Source: Antechinus flavipes
Lineage: Eukaryota
DNA: 64,000 bases
Assembly (NCBI RefSeq): GCF_016432865.1
Contig: NC_067398.1
Location: 83,390,001 to 83,454,000 of the forward strand
Reading direction: 5' to 3'
A program made the translations under genes and the position numbers. The notes under the pieces are model-generated. The model was not told where the DNA came from, did not search any database, and saw only the letters and a program-made list of their open reading frames with translations. Positions 37,134-48,720 of this stretch are shown one piece after another (positions within the stretch are counted from its first letter, which is position 1; the number at the start of each line of letters is the position of its first letter).

Positions 37134-40064
37134 TTTTTTTTTTTTTTTTTTTTTTTTTAGATCTCTAGAAGCAAAGCAAAGTTTATTTACGTTCTGGAGA
37201 AGGGGGATCCACAAATCGAGCAGACAATTGAAGGGAGGAGGTACCGTAGGGGGTAGGGTCGGCGCTTTTATCCCTAACGCAAATTCCCCCTCCCACCACT
37301 GACCCTCATCCTTATTGGCTGAGGATCTTACATTCTAAACGCGGGAACTACCCAAGAAATTGAACTTGGCCAATAAGTACATAGGTGCCCATATTTGGCT
37401 GAAATAGGGAGGATAACAAGAAGGGGACTTAAGTATGCCCTTAGGGGGCTAACAGGGAGGGGATAGCAGGAAGACTTTAAGTATGTCCTTAAGATAGCAG
37501 GGAGGAGACATTAAATATGCCCTTGACTTAAAGTCCTTCAAGCCTACTCAAACTTTGAAATAGATGAAGCCTTACTCGATTTTCGCAACTGTCTTGAAAG
37601 ATCTCATTTTATCTCTTTCAGTCTCCCCTCTTATTTATACACTGAGATCTCTTCAACATCTTTATACAATAAAATATACAAATTTAGTTTCACACAAACT
37701 TCCCCTTCCTCAGCTAACAAATAATCCAGCATAAGGCTGTTGTAAAACAATATTTTGTTTGAGTAACTTGGTCAGCCAAAAGATCTAGTGCCTCAGCAGT
37801 CTGATTGGTGATAATCTCTACAACTGCTTGAAGCTTAATTATCCTGTTCAACATATATATTGGGGTTATATATCCCCAACTTCCATCTTGAGCCCAAGTG
37901 GCTGGCTCATACTCTATTCTTTCTGGAGGCCAGGAATCACCCCAACCATTTGCATCTCCAGTCTGGAGGTATACCTCTCCAATGGAGGTGTCTAAACCCC
38001 ATTTCTCTCCTCCCAAATCATCATTTGCCTATTCAGGAAGAAAGAAAAATTTTGGCCTTATTAGTCCAAGTAGGAGAGTATAAGCAGTTAAGCCACAGAT
38101 CTAATAATGACCCATTAGAATAGGTTGTTCCCTCAAAAATATGTCTGAACTATTCCTTGTAAAAGAGCAATATTGCTGGTCCCTCATCCCTAGGGGACCT
38201 TCCCCTACAAAGGTGACATACTGACATTTCCATAAACCCTGATCCTTCCTCCTACAACTGGCAACTGGCCATTGACCTATTGGGTTAGAGGTATTCCAAA
38301 ATGTTTCCCAGGTGTCCCTGCGGTGACATGGTACCAACCCATTGATGTCAGACAGGTAAAAATTTAAGTTTTCCAAATCTTTGCAGCCTCCCTCGTGTCT
38401 CCTAGAGACAGAGCAGACAAAGGAAGTCCTTTGTCAATCTGCAGCAATTCCTGAGGAATTGTGCCAGAGCTCCCAAGAGCTCCAAATGACGACTGCAATG
38501 TCCATTTGACAACTGCAGTGTCCACTACAAGATAAGGAAAGAAAAAGTCCTTGTCCAGAGTTAAATCCACTAACATACACTATTTCCCAGCTCCCTGTTT
38601 AACAAATCCTATCTTCTATCAATGGCCACTGATATTTCTCTTCTAAGTTCCAGAAATCAGCCCCATTATGAATTTGGGATCAGTTACTAAGGATCCAGGC
38701 GGGGCTTAAAAGGTATAGATTCCCATGGCCATTAGCTCAGTCATTGGGATCCACCAATTGATCCAACAATTTGATAAATTAAAAATTCTCCCTATATTCT
38801 GCATGAGCAGGAGGAGCTGATTCTCATCTCTGGAAGATAAAGGTCTGGTTTCTATGGCTATCATGAGGAAAGAGGCAGACCCAAAGCTCAGGAAAAGCCC
38901 CATGAGAATTTCCCAAAGTAATTAATGTAAGAAAAGTCATACAATTACAGCGCACTGGATTCAGAATGTGTCCCATTCAGTGGAAGTCCCCTCCTCAAAT
39001 GTAATTTGAGGTCTCCCCATCTTCAACTGTCCACTCAGATAAAGGTGGCGCCACAGGTCCTTTTGTTCTGGTGTGGTGTGTCCAGCCTCACGCCCAGGTG
39101 CGAATTGCAGTGTCCGAGAGGTCAGTATTATCTGGTAGGGTCCATCAGGGTCCGTCCCAGCAGAGTCAGCTTCTCATCCTTCCAGGAATGAATTAACACC
39201 CAATCTCCACCTGAATTCTATGAAGAGGGAAACCTAGGAGTCTGAGCTATTAACCCTTCTGTTGAAATTCTTGTAAATGTCTTAGCAATGGTTTAACACC
39301 TCTTAAGAAAATTCCTTTGTCTCAAGATAGGGTCCCAGTTTCCCATAGGACAAGCCTAGAGAGGATGACCGTACAATACTTGAAAGCCCAATTTCTCTAC
39401 ATGGCTTGGTTCCGATTCTGACCAGAGCAAGAGGTAGTTGGGTCTCTAAACATAATTTAGTCAGTTGCCATTTTATTTCCTGGTTCATCCTTTCTACTTT
39501 CCCAGAAGAGGGAGGAAGCCAAGGGGTGTGGAGATCCCAAGTGATTTGATCACATTCTGCACCACCTGGGCAGAAAAATGTGTTCCCTGATCCGAGTCTA
39601 TCATCTCCACTATTCCATATCTAGGAATAATTTGTTCTAATAAGACCTTACTGTCGAGGCAGTTGCTCTGGCTGAGGGGAATGCCTCCACCCATGAGGTC
39701 AGATGGTCCACTATGACCAGCAAGTATTTGAGGCGACCCACTGGTGGCAGCTCAGTGAAGTCCACCTGGATGCTTTGGAATGGTCCGATTCCCGGAGGTC
39801 GTCCCCCTTTTGGGATCTGGCGTTGAGCAGCCTTGTTAGTCCTTCGACAAATGAGACAGCGTCCACCAGTTGTCGGGCCATTGTATATAGGCCAGGGGAA
39901 CATACCTTGTCAGCACAGCATCACAGGTTTTGGACATCCCAGAGACTGCCCTGGTGCAGTTGCTGAAGGACCTGCCTCATACTTGCTTTGGTCAGTACCT
40001 CTCTACCATCAGGTAAGAGCCATCGTCCTTCCGAGTTCCCAACTGCTCCGAGAGTCGAGGCCTT
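37134..40064 (-). mobile_element. Defective class I (ERV3/HERV-I-like) endogenous retrovirus retrocopy: partial pol, deleted env, PPT, U3-R, poly(A)
   Basis: Integrase remnants CLIC, QVDFTELPPVGRLKYLLVIVDHLTSWVEAFP, IDSDQGTHF, SSGKVERMN; env remnants [45 protein letters not shown]; PPT at 37621-37632; LTR start TGAAAG at 37620; AATAAA at 37182-37187; T25 at 37134-37158; multiple frameshifts. Confidence 0.9.
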
Positions 40065-41265
40065 CTATGAGTATTTTTTATATGTATAATTCTTTTTCCT
40101 TTGAGATACAGACCTAGTGATGTATAGTGATATCAAAGGGTATGCACAGATTTATAGCTCTTTGGACATTGTTCCAACTTGCTCTCCAAAATAGTTGGAT
40201 CACAATAGGATGAAAATGCTATTTGCATTCAGAGAGAGAACTATGGAGACTAAATGTGCGTCGATGCAAAGTATTTTCTCCTCTTTTTTTTTGTTTTTTT
40301 TTTTTCTTTCTTGTGGTTTTTCCCTTTTCTGATTTTTCTTTCACAACATGATTAGTATGGAATATGATTGTACATTTATAACCTATATGCAACTGCTTGT
40401 TGTCTTGGGGAGGAAGGAGGTAAGAGAAGGAGGGAGAAAAAATTTGGAACACAAATCTTACAAAAATGAAAACTATTTTTCCAAGTCATTGGAAAAATAA
40501 AATACTATTGAAGAAAAAAATTGTTGAATCAGTTCAAACTCCACCAACAGTGCATTAGTGTCTCATTTTTTCCACATTCCTCTTAATCTTTCTAATCTGT
40601 CATATTAGCCAATCCAATAGGCATGGAGTGTTGCCTCAGAGGTGTTTTGCATCTCTCTAATCAATGGCTACACATATTCCTAAAACTCTGGTCTGACCAT
40701 GTTACTCTCCCACTCAGGAATCCTCAATAATTCCCATTACCTCTAGAATAAAAAGAAAACTTCATAGCCTATCACTTATTCTCCTCATCTCTTCCCAGCC
40801 CCACAACCTAGATTTCCAAACTTGTTTTACATAATTTGCCTTCATGAACTCTATTTTTTCAACCAAGCTGGCCAATTGTCTGTTCCATGAATTGACATTC
40901 CATCCCCTATCTTTTCTCTCCTTATCTGTGTACCAGCTATTCCACATTCCTGGACTCTCTTACTGTTTTCTGTCTCACAAATTTCTGCATTCCTTCAATG
41001 ATAAACTCTCTTTAACTCCTCTCCCCCCCCCCCCACCCCCTATGAAAGCAAAGAGATGGAATTCATGAGTTTGACCACTTAGGGGAGCTGGGGTGGGGGC
41101 CATCAGAGAAGAAGGCAGTTTGCTCTCTGGAAATAGAAATGGAAGAAAGGAAATGTCTAGCATATATTTTTGGACGTCATTAATGAGCAAATTTGTTTTG
41201 CTTCACTATGCATATTTGTTTAAAAATGTTTTGTTTTTCTTTTAAAGAAGGATTAGGAAAAAGAA

Positions 41266-41464
41266 NNNNNNNNNNNNNNNNNNNNNNNNNNNNNNNNNNN
41301 NNNNNNNNNNNNNNNNNNNNNNNNNNNNNNNNNNNNNNNNNNNNNNNNNNNNNNNNNNNNNNNNNNNNNNNNNNNNNNNNNNNNNNNNNNNNNNNNNNNN
41401 NNNNNNNNNNNNNNNNNNNNNNNNNNNNNNNNNNNNNNNNNNNNNNNNNNNNNNNNNNNNNNNN
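41266..41464. other. Assembly gap (199 N) next to a GA-rich simple repeat (41465-41665)
   Basis: Run of N. Confidence 0.99.
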
Positions 41465-41665
41465 AGAAGGAACAGAAAGAAGGAGGGGGAAAGGAAGGGA
41501 GAAAGGGAGGGATGGAAGAGAGAGAGAAGAAGAAGGAAGGAAGGAAGGAGGAGAGAAAGGAAGGGAGAAAGAGAGGGGGGGAAAGGCAAGAGGATGGAAA
41601 GAAAGAAGGAAGGAAGAGAAAGAGAAAGATGGAGAGGGAAAGAAAGGGAGAAAGAGAGGGAAGGA

Positions 41666-41884
41666 AGTTTGATAGTCTAATATCCATCTTCTCTCACACT
41701 TTCCTTCATAGCCTCCCAAATACTGAGTTAGCTCTGGTGATGCATCTGTCAACTTCACCATCAATATGGGCATCCCTGGAAAGCATAGTGCCAAGGTAAA
41801 AGAACTTATTCACAGCATTCAAAACTTCATCATTTTGCTGTAACCAGTGGTTCCACATATGGATGATACCGTGCTGACTGATGG
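41666..41884 (-). mobile_element. RTE LINE fragment, inverted relative to 42449-42664
   Basis: Reverse complement matches the RTE RT C-terminal segment at 42449-42664. Confidence 0.8.
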
Positions 41885-42299
41885 CTGATGGCTTATTTTT
41901 TTAAGAAGGAAGAGAGGAAGGGAGTGAAGGAAGGAAGGAAGGGAGAGAGGGAGAGAGGGAGAGAGGAAGGCGCTAGTGAATTTAGGAGACAGCATCTGCT
42001 TCAGTCTCTTGTCTCCACAGCAGCTCTCAGAGCCAAGGAGTTAGGGTTATATCAAAACAAGGTCTGTCTCTCCTTAACTTTCATCCATTATTCTTAGTTC
42101 TGCTCTCTGGAGCCTAGCCAGAAGGCATAAGGTGGGTAACAAGCATTTATTAAGCTCTTCCTATGTGCCCAGCACTGTGCTCAGTTGATCAGTTATAGTC
42201 CTTTCTCAGAGGACCAAAATGACATCACTGTGACAGAGTCGGACAGCCGATCAGAGCGACAGGAGCTGGGATTGCTCTGCCTCGGGTTGGACACAGAGA

Positions 42300-43500
42300 G
42301 TCCCCATGAAGATTTGGGGCAGGTTCTCTAACTGCACATCCTACATGTCTTCTGATTTTGGTTTGCAGATGGTTATGCACTCAATGCAGCCTCTGAAACT
42401 CAGATGCAACAAAGTATGGTTCAATTCTCTGCTGAAAACACAGGGGCTCCATCAGCCAGCGCCGTATCATCCACATGTGGAACCACTGGTTACAGCAAAG
42501 GATGAAGTTTTGAATGCTGTGGATAAGTTCTTCTACCTTAGCACTATACTTTCCAGGGATGTCCACATTGATGATGAAGTTAACAGATGCGTCACCAGGG
42601 CTAACTCAGTGTTTGGGAGGCTCTGAAGGAAACTGTAGGACAGGACGGATATTAGACTAACTACGGGACTAAAGGTCTGCAGAGCTGTTGCGCTGACCTC
42701 ATTGTCATATGCCTGTGAAACCTGGTCAATATATCAACACCAAACTGAATCGCTTCCATTTGATTGTCTTTTTTTTTTTTTTTTTAACAAAACAGAGCTA
42801 CATTTACTATTTTATTAATTGTCTAGACAAAAGAAAGTAAAAGTAATGGAAAAATGTCAATAATACAGATCTCATTACATTCATTTTCTCCCAAAACCCA
42901 CCCCTCTTTTTTTTTAACTGAGGCAATTGGGGTTAAGTGACTTGCCCAGGGTCACACAGCCAGGAAGTGTTAAGTGTCTGAGACCAGATTTGAACTCAGG
43001 TCCTCCTGACTTTAGGGCTGGTGCTCTATCCACCTGTCACCTAGCTGCCCCCCTTCTTTTTTATGCATACATATTTATACAATTATCTTGCTGCACAAGA
43101 AAAATCCATTTGAATTGTCTTAAGAAGATTCTGAAGATCACCTGAATCCTTTCTCAAACCAAACTGCCACGCATTCCAACTCTACTGCAGAGAACACAAC
43201 TCCATTGGGCTGGCCACATTGTTCAAAAGCCAAATGCACACTTGCCAAAAGTACTATCTATGGAAGACTCACATAAGGTAAGTGTTCACATCAGAAAAAG
43301 GGACATAAGGACACTCTCAAGGTCTCGCTTAAGAACTTTAGAACCGCTTGTGAGGCAGGGGAGACATTGGTACAGGACTGCCCAACATGGCACGCCTTCA
43401 TCAGAGAAGGTGACGTGTTCTATGAGCAAAGCAGAATTGAAGTATTTCAGAAGAAGCTCAAAAAGTTAAAGAATATACCCCAAATGTTCATAGAGACTGT
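42300..43500 (+). mobile_element. RTE-clade LINE 3' fragment, interrupted at 42771-43104
   Basis: AVDKFFYLSTILSRDVHIDDEVNRCVTRANSVFGRL is an RTE ORF C-terminal motif; sequence resumes at attgtcttaagaagattctgaagatcacctg. Confidence 0.85.
42908..43052 (-). mobile_element. Marsupial tRNA-derived SINE (WSINE1-like)
   Basis: gaggcaattggggttaagtgacttgcccagggtcacacagc...atttgaactcaggtcctcctgac...ctagctgcccc; similar copies at about 3310, 13395, 33050 and 50056. Confidence 0.8.
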
Positions 43501-44009
43501 GCTAAATGCTGAGGTTATAAATACAAGCAACAATCCCTGCCCTCAAGGAACTTTCATTTTAAAAAAGGAATTTAAACTTGTGAAATGTACAGAGAAGTCC
43601 AAGGAGTTAAAGCTCAGATGGGAGGGGAATGAAACATGGCCAGCTTGGGCCTATCCCCAAAATGAAGGCCCTGGAAGGATTTCACCACTGGGAGAAGAGG
43701 GCCAGCTTAATGGAGGGATTTTCCAGAATAATGAATGTCCAGGACACTGAGGGATATTCCAGGAAGGCAGCTCAATCATGCTGGCAAAGTCCTAAGAGTC
43801 CAAAGCCTGGCTGGGAGGGGAACAAGGAACCCCAATCCTAGGGGTCTTTACATAGAGATTGAAAAATTACTTGTATGATCCAGAAGAAGGTTCACTTAGG
43901 TGGAATCGGACAGGATGCCCTCTGAGATGTTAGCATCCCGTGATTCACTCAGCTTGACCCTTCTTTCTTTCATTTGACTCCTTTTGAGTAATTTGATCTC
44001 TGTCTCCGA

Positions 44010-44430
44010 TTGAGCTACTAAGAAGGATGGAAGCATCTAGGGCCAGCTGGGGCAGCAGCAGAAAAGAACAGAAGAGTTCTGAGGTACTGAAGAGGAAGAG
44101 AGGAAGAAAATCCTCTAGTTGGAGAAGGCTAGAGCCTATGGTCCAAATTACAGAGCCTTTCAAAGTTAGACAGAGGAGCTTGTCATACTAAATGCAGGAG
44201 GCTCTAGTGAGCCAAGGAAAGTTTTTGAACAGGAAATTAAGGTTAGGGTCTGACAGGGAGAAAGTGACAGAGAAGAACATTAGTTTCCTGGTACTGCCTG
44301 TTAGTCACTCAATCCTGATCCTGGCCCTCCGTTTTCCCAGAATGACCACAAACAATGATGCCCTTTTCTGGTTCCTTCCTTTCCTGGCAGACATACATGC
44401 TTGTGTCCCTGGAACTAGGACATCACTTGG
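44010..44430 (+). repeat. Local duplication unit, copy 1 (paralogous to 47720-48150; continuation at 46330-46455 matches 48195-48325)
   Basis: Shared blocks gagctactaagaag, gtccaaattacagag, aaatgcaggaggctctagtgagccaaggaaag, cactcaatcctgatcctggccctc, ttttcccagaatgacca. Confidence 0.9.
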
Positions 44431-44599
44431 ATCCGGTGCTGTTCTCATCACCTGTCACCCAGTCCCAGAGCTCTTCCTGAACTGTTCTGGTTGGGTCATC
44501 TCTGTGATCCCCTCACGTTATGCCTTGTGTTGTGGGTTTGGTTTTTTCTTTCTGTTGTTTTCAATAGTATTTTTCTCCAATTATAGGTCAAGGTGATTT

Positions 44600-45840
44600 T
44601 TATCATTTATTTAAAATTTTTTTAATAATAGCCTTTTATTTTAAAAATATATGCAAAGATAGTTTTCGACATTCATTCTTGCAAAACCTTGTGTTCCAAA
44701 TTTTTCTCCCTCCCTTCCTTCTCAGCTCCCTTCCCTAAACAGCAAGTAATCCAATGTAGATTAAATATGTGCTATTCTTCTAAACACTTTCACATTTGTC
44801 ATGTTTATCACTCACTTTCATAAAATTTTCTCCTTCCCTCCTCCATTCCCCTCCTCTCTTTCTAAAATAGTAGCCATTTTGACATAGGCTAGACATGTGC
44901 TAACACACAGAAAAAATTTCTATATTAGTCAGTTGTGAAATAAGAAACAAATCAAAAGAAAAAAACAGAAAAAAAGAATAAAGTAAGTGCAAAGGCATGC
45001 TTTTATCTACATTCAGAGTCCATATCTTTTATCTGGATGAGATTTGCATTTTTCTTCGTACAAGTACAAAGGATTGTCTTGATCATTGTGTCCTGAGAAG
45101 AGCTGGGTCATTCATAGTTGATCATCACCCAGTGTTACCGATACTGTGAACAATGTTTTTCTGGTTCTGCTCATTTCACTTTGCCTTAATTCATACAAGT
45201 CTTTCCAAGTTTTTCTGAAATCTACCTGTTCAACATTTCTTTTTGCACAGTAATATTCTATTATATCCATATATTGCAGTTTGTTCAACCATTCTCCAAT
45301 TGATGAGCATCCCCTCAATTTCTAAAATTTTGCTACCACAATATGGGTTGCTATTAATATTTCTGTACATGTGGGTTGTTTCCCCTTTTTATGATCTCTT
45401 TAGGATACAGACCCAGAAGAGATACTGCTGGATCAAAGGGCATGCACAGGTTGGTTCCAAATTGCTCTCCAGAATAGTTGAGCCAGTTTGTAGTTCTACC
45501 AATAGTGTATTAGGGTTGCAATCTTCCTATACCCTCTCTAATATTTATTTTTTTTCTTGTTTGTTGTATTATTCAATTTGATTGTTATAATGTGGTACCT
45601 CAGAGTTGTTTTAACTTGCATTTCTCTAATCAAAAGTGATTTAGAGCACTTTTTCATATACCTATAATTAGCTTTAATTTCTCTATCTGAAAACTGCCTG
45701 TTCATATCCTTTGACCATTTATCAATTGGGAAATGGTTTGATCTCTTATAGATTCTGTTCTTCATATATTTGAAAAATGAGGCCTTTATCAGAGACTCTT
45801 GGTGTAAAGATTGTTTCAAAACTTTCTGCTTTCCTTTTGA
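44600..45840 (-). mobile_element. L1 ORF2 C-terminus and 3' UTR fragments
   Basis: PIDKWSKDMNRQFS...MKKCSKSLLIREMQVKTTLRYH on the minus strand. Confidence 0.9.
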
Positions 45841-45859
45841 TGAGGTCAGTGGTAGAATT

Positions 45860-46300
45860 GGGGTGGGAGATCCCCTCTGCTCCGAGGGGCAGGGCCTACG
45901 CAAAAGAATTCGCAAACCCAAAATCTGTGTGGCAGAAAGGGATTTATTGGCACTGAGAAGAGAATATCTTCACCAATGGGCAAAAGTCCCTGCAGGATAG
46001 CTTGCTAAGACAGCTTCCTTAAAAAGCATAATCCTGTTTAGGATTTCTGCAAAGATTCGGGGTTCAGAGTTATCTTTTATTAGTTGTCTGAAGCTTTGGC
46101 TTCAATTCAAAATTGAATGAGATTCATTCAATGCTTATCTTGGGAGTTGGAGCTATTGGGAGTGGTTCTGGACTAATCTTCAACTCAATAGCGGGTGTGA
46201 CCAAGTTCTTGGCTAAGATCTCCAATTGAATGAGACCACTTAACTGCCCTGAAGAGTGGGACTTTTTCAGGGAAGAATTTGGACAGTTTCAGGATTCACC
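45860..46300 (-). mobile_element. Solo LTR, same family as 55699-56279 and 59271-60352
   Basis: Shares gatttatt, gcaaagatt.ggggttc and aagatctccaattgaa with the 55.7-kb copy; ends approximate. Confidence 0.6.
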
Positions 46301-46489
46301 CCCATCACTTCTAATCTTGGTTTCATGGTGTCTCTTTGAAGAAGCAAGTGCCTTGTTAGCCCCTATATATAGACCTCATTTATATTTCAAACTATCTTTT
46401 TCTTTTGCTTGGTTAACTATTGTTAGGAATCTTCCCTCAGAAGAATATTAAGTGGAGGGGATGTGAGAAAACTAGGACACTAATGCATT

Positions 46490-46995
46490 GTTAGTAGATT
46501 TGTGAAATGATCCAACCATTCTGAAGAGCAATTTGGAATTATACCCACAGAGCTATAAAACTGTGAATATCCTTTGATCTAGCAATGTTATTACTGGGTC
46601 TGTATCCAAAAGAGATCATAAAAGAGAGAAAAGGATCCACAAGTGCAAAAATATTTATAGCAGCTCTTTTTGTAATGGCAAGGTACTGGAAACTGAGTGG
46701 ATTCCCATCGGTTGGGGAATGGCTTTTTATGTTATGGTATATGAATATAATGAAACATTGTTTTATAAGATATGATGAGCAGGCTGACTTCAGAAAAGCC
46801 TGGAAAGACTTACATGAACTGATACTGAGTGAAGAGAGTAGAACCAAGAGAACATTGTGCACAGAAACAAAATTATGTGATGATCAGCTGTGGGGGAGTT
46901 GGCTATTCTCAACAATGTGGTGATTTAAGACAATTCTAATAGATTTGTGGTAGAAGGTGCCATCGACATCCAGAGAGGGAACTATGGATATAATG
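46490..46995 (+). mobile_element. L1 ORF2 3' fragment
   Basis: LLGLYPKEI...KIFIAALFVMARYWK. Confidence 0.88.
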
Positions 46996-47183
46996 TTCGG
47001 TCTAGCTTTCTCGAGGACCTCAGGATCAGCCCGAGTCCTTGATCTTAATGGAGAAGTGATGACAGCAGGAGCCACCATGAGGCTGGTCAAAAATGGAATG
47101 TCCCTCTTCCAGTCCTTTTTAGCCCTGATATACCTTATTGTAATTATGTCATTACAGCATACTGATTATGTGTGAACTGGACA

Positions 47184-47303
47184 ACCATTACATCACCATA
47201 CTAAGTACTAAGTATATATGTGAACTAGAGAACCATCATCTCATCAATTCCACTGGAGTTAACACCTTGTTTCAAGTATACTTCTCCAGAGTTCCAGCTC
47301 TCT
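47184..47303 (+). repeat. ~115-bp segment nearly identical to 62759-62870
   Basis: accattacatcaccatactaag...catcatctcatcaattcca...gagttaacaccttgtttcaagtatacttctccagagttccagc in both places. Confidence 0.92.
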
Positions 47304-47539
47304 CTCTATAGAGACTGAATGCAGAGCAGAGCATAGTATTTTTCCTTTTTTTGTTTGTTTGTTTGCTTTTTTCTTTCTCATGATATTTTCCCTTTTTGGT
47401 CTGATTTTTCTTGCACAACATAACAAATATGGAAGTATGTTCAAAAGAATTACAAATTAAAAAAAGAAGAATACTAGTTCCTTACCTGTGCCTCAGCTCT
47501 GCTTTATTTTAATTACTTATTACAGATATCCATTGAATC

Positions 47540-48720
47540 CCAAACCCTTATCTTTCCATCCTTCAAGACTGGGTTCAAACCCATCTTTTCCAATAAGTCC
47601 TTCTTGACCATTTCAGCCATTAGGAATGAGTCCAGTATTTGAAGCCATGGGACCTGGCTTCAAATTCTGTCTCTGCCACTTACTACTTCTATGAGCTTGG
47701 GCCATCTCTGTGATTCTGTGATCTGATGAGCTACTAAGAAGAGAAATATGTAGGGCCAGCTGAGCTGGGAATAAGCTGGGGCAACAGTAGAGAAGAATAG
47801 AAGGGATCTGAGGCATAAAAATCAAAAGAGGAAGAAAATTCACCAGTTGGAAAAGGCTAGAGCTCTAGGGGTCTGTTTTCTCATAGGGTCCAAATTACAG
47901 AGGCTTCAAATGCTAGACAGAAGAGCTTGGAACACTAAATGCAGGAGGCTCTAGTGAGCCAAGGAAAGGTTTGAACAGGAAATTCAGATAAGGTCTGACA
48001 GGGAGAGAGTGACAGAAAGGTGCGTTATTCACTCAATCCTGATCCTGGCCCTCTGTTTTCCCAGAATGACCAAAGACAATGCTGCCCTTTTCTGGTTCTT
48101 TCCCTTCCTGGCTGACATACGTGCTTGTGTCCCTGGAACAAGGACATCGCATGAATCCAAACACTAGCTCTGGCTGAGCTATCTTTGTGGTCACCTCCTG
48201 GTATCCTTTGCAAGAAGCAAATGCCTTGTCAGCCCTCACACACAGACCCTCATTTCATATTCCAAACTACCCATTTTTTGCTTGTTAACTGTTATTAAGA
48301 ACTTGCCCCCAGAAGAATACTAAGTCCTTGTCCATTATCTCAGCAGCCTTTCATTATAGTCACTTTTTACTATTACCCTCTGAGTCCCAAACTTATATCT
48401 TTCCATCCTTCAAAACCTGGGTCCAAACCCACCTTTTGTAGTCAGTCCTTTTTGACCATTTCAGCTTACAGGAATGAGTACAGTATTTGAAGTCTGGCTT
48501 CAAATACTGTCTCTGACACTTACTACCTTTATGAGTTTGGACCATCTCTGTGGTTTGATGAACTACTAAGAAGAATGGAAACATCCAGGGCCAGTTGGGA
48601 AAGAGTTGAGGAATCAGTAGAAAAAGACAGAAGGATTTTGATCAAGAAAGACTCTGAGGGGCCCGGAAAGAAAGACATGAAGAAAATTCCCAGATTGGAC
48701 TGGATTAGAGCCATTTAATT
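47540..48720 (+). repeat. Local duplication unit, copies 2 (47540-48325) and 3 (48385-48720, partial)
   Basis: tctttccatccttcaa...ttgaccatttcagc...ggaatgagt.cagtatttgaag...ccatctctgtg...actactaagaag repeated. Confidence 0.88.

Noticed and set aside
37134-37620. Treating the LTR as a solo LTR or part of an intact provirus
   Set aside because: It is contiguous with PPT, env and pol, lacks U5 and a partner LTR, and pol/env are frameshifted.
41180-41794. ORFs spanning N runs (also at 51041-51375 and 53395-54073)
   Set aside because: Artefacts of assembly gaps and GA/CT simple repeats.
47010-47100. Possible relic of a third HYAL1 3' end (caggat...cttaatg.agaa...cagcagg...atga..., similar to the A stop region with the LTRs removed)
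   Set aside because: Only about 60% identity over about 80 nt with gaps, and no EGF-domain codons are recognisable; indistinguishable from chance without a profile search.
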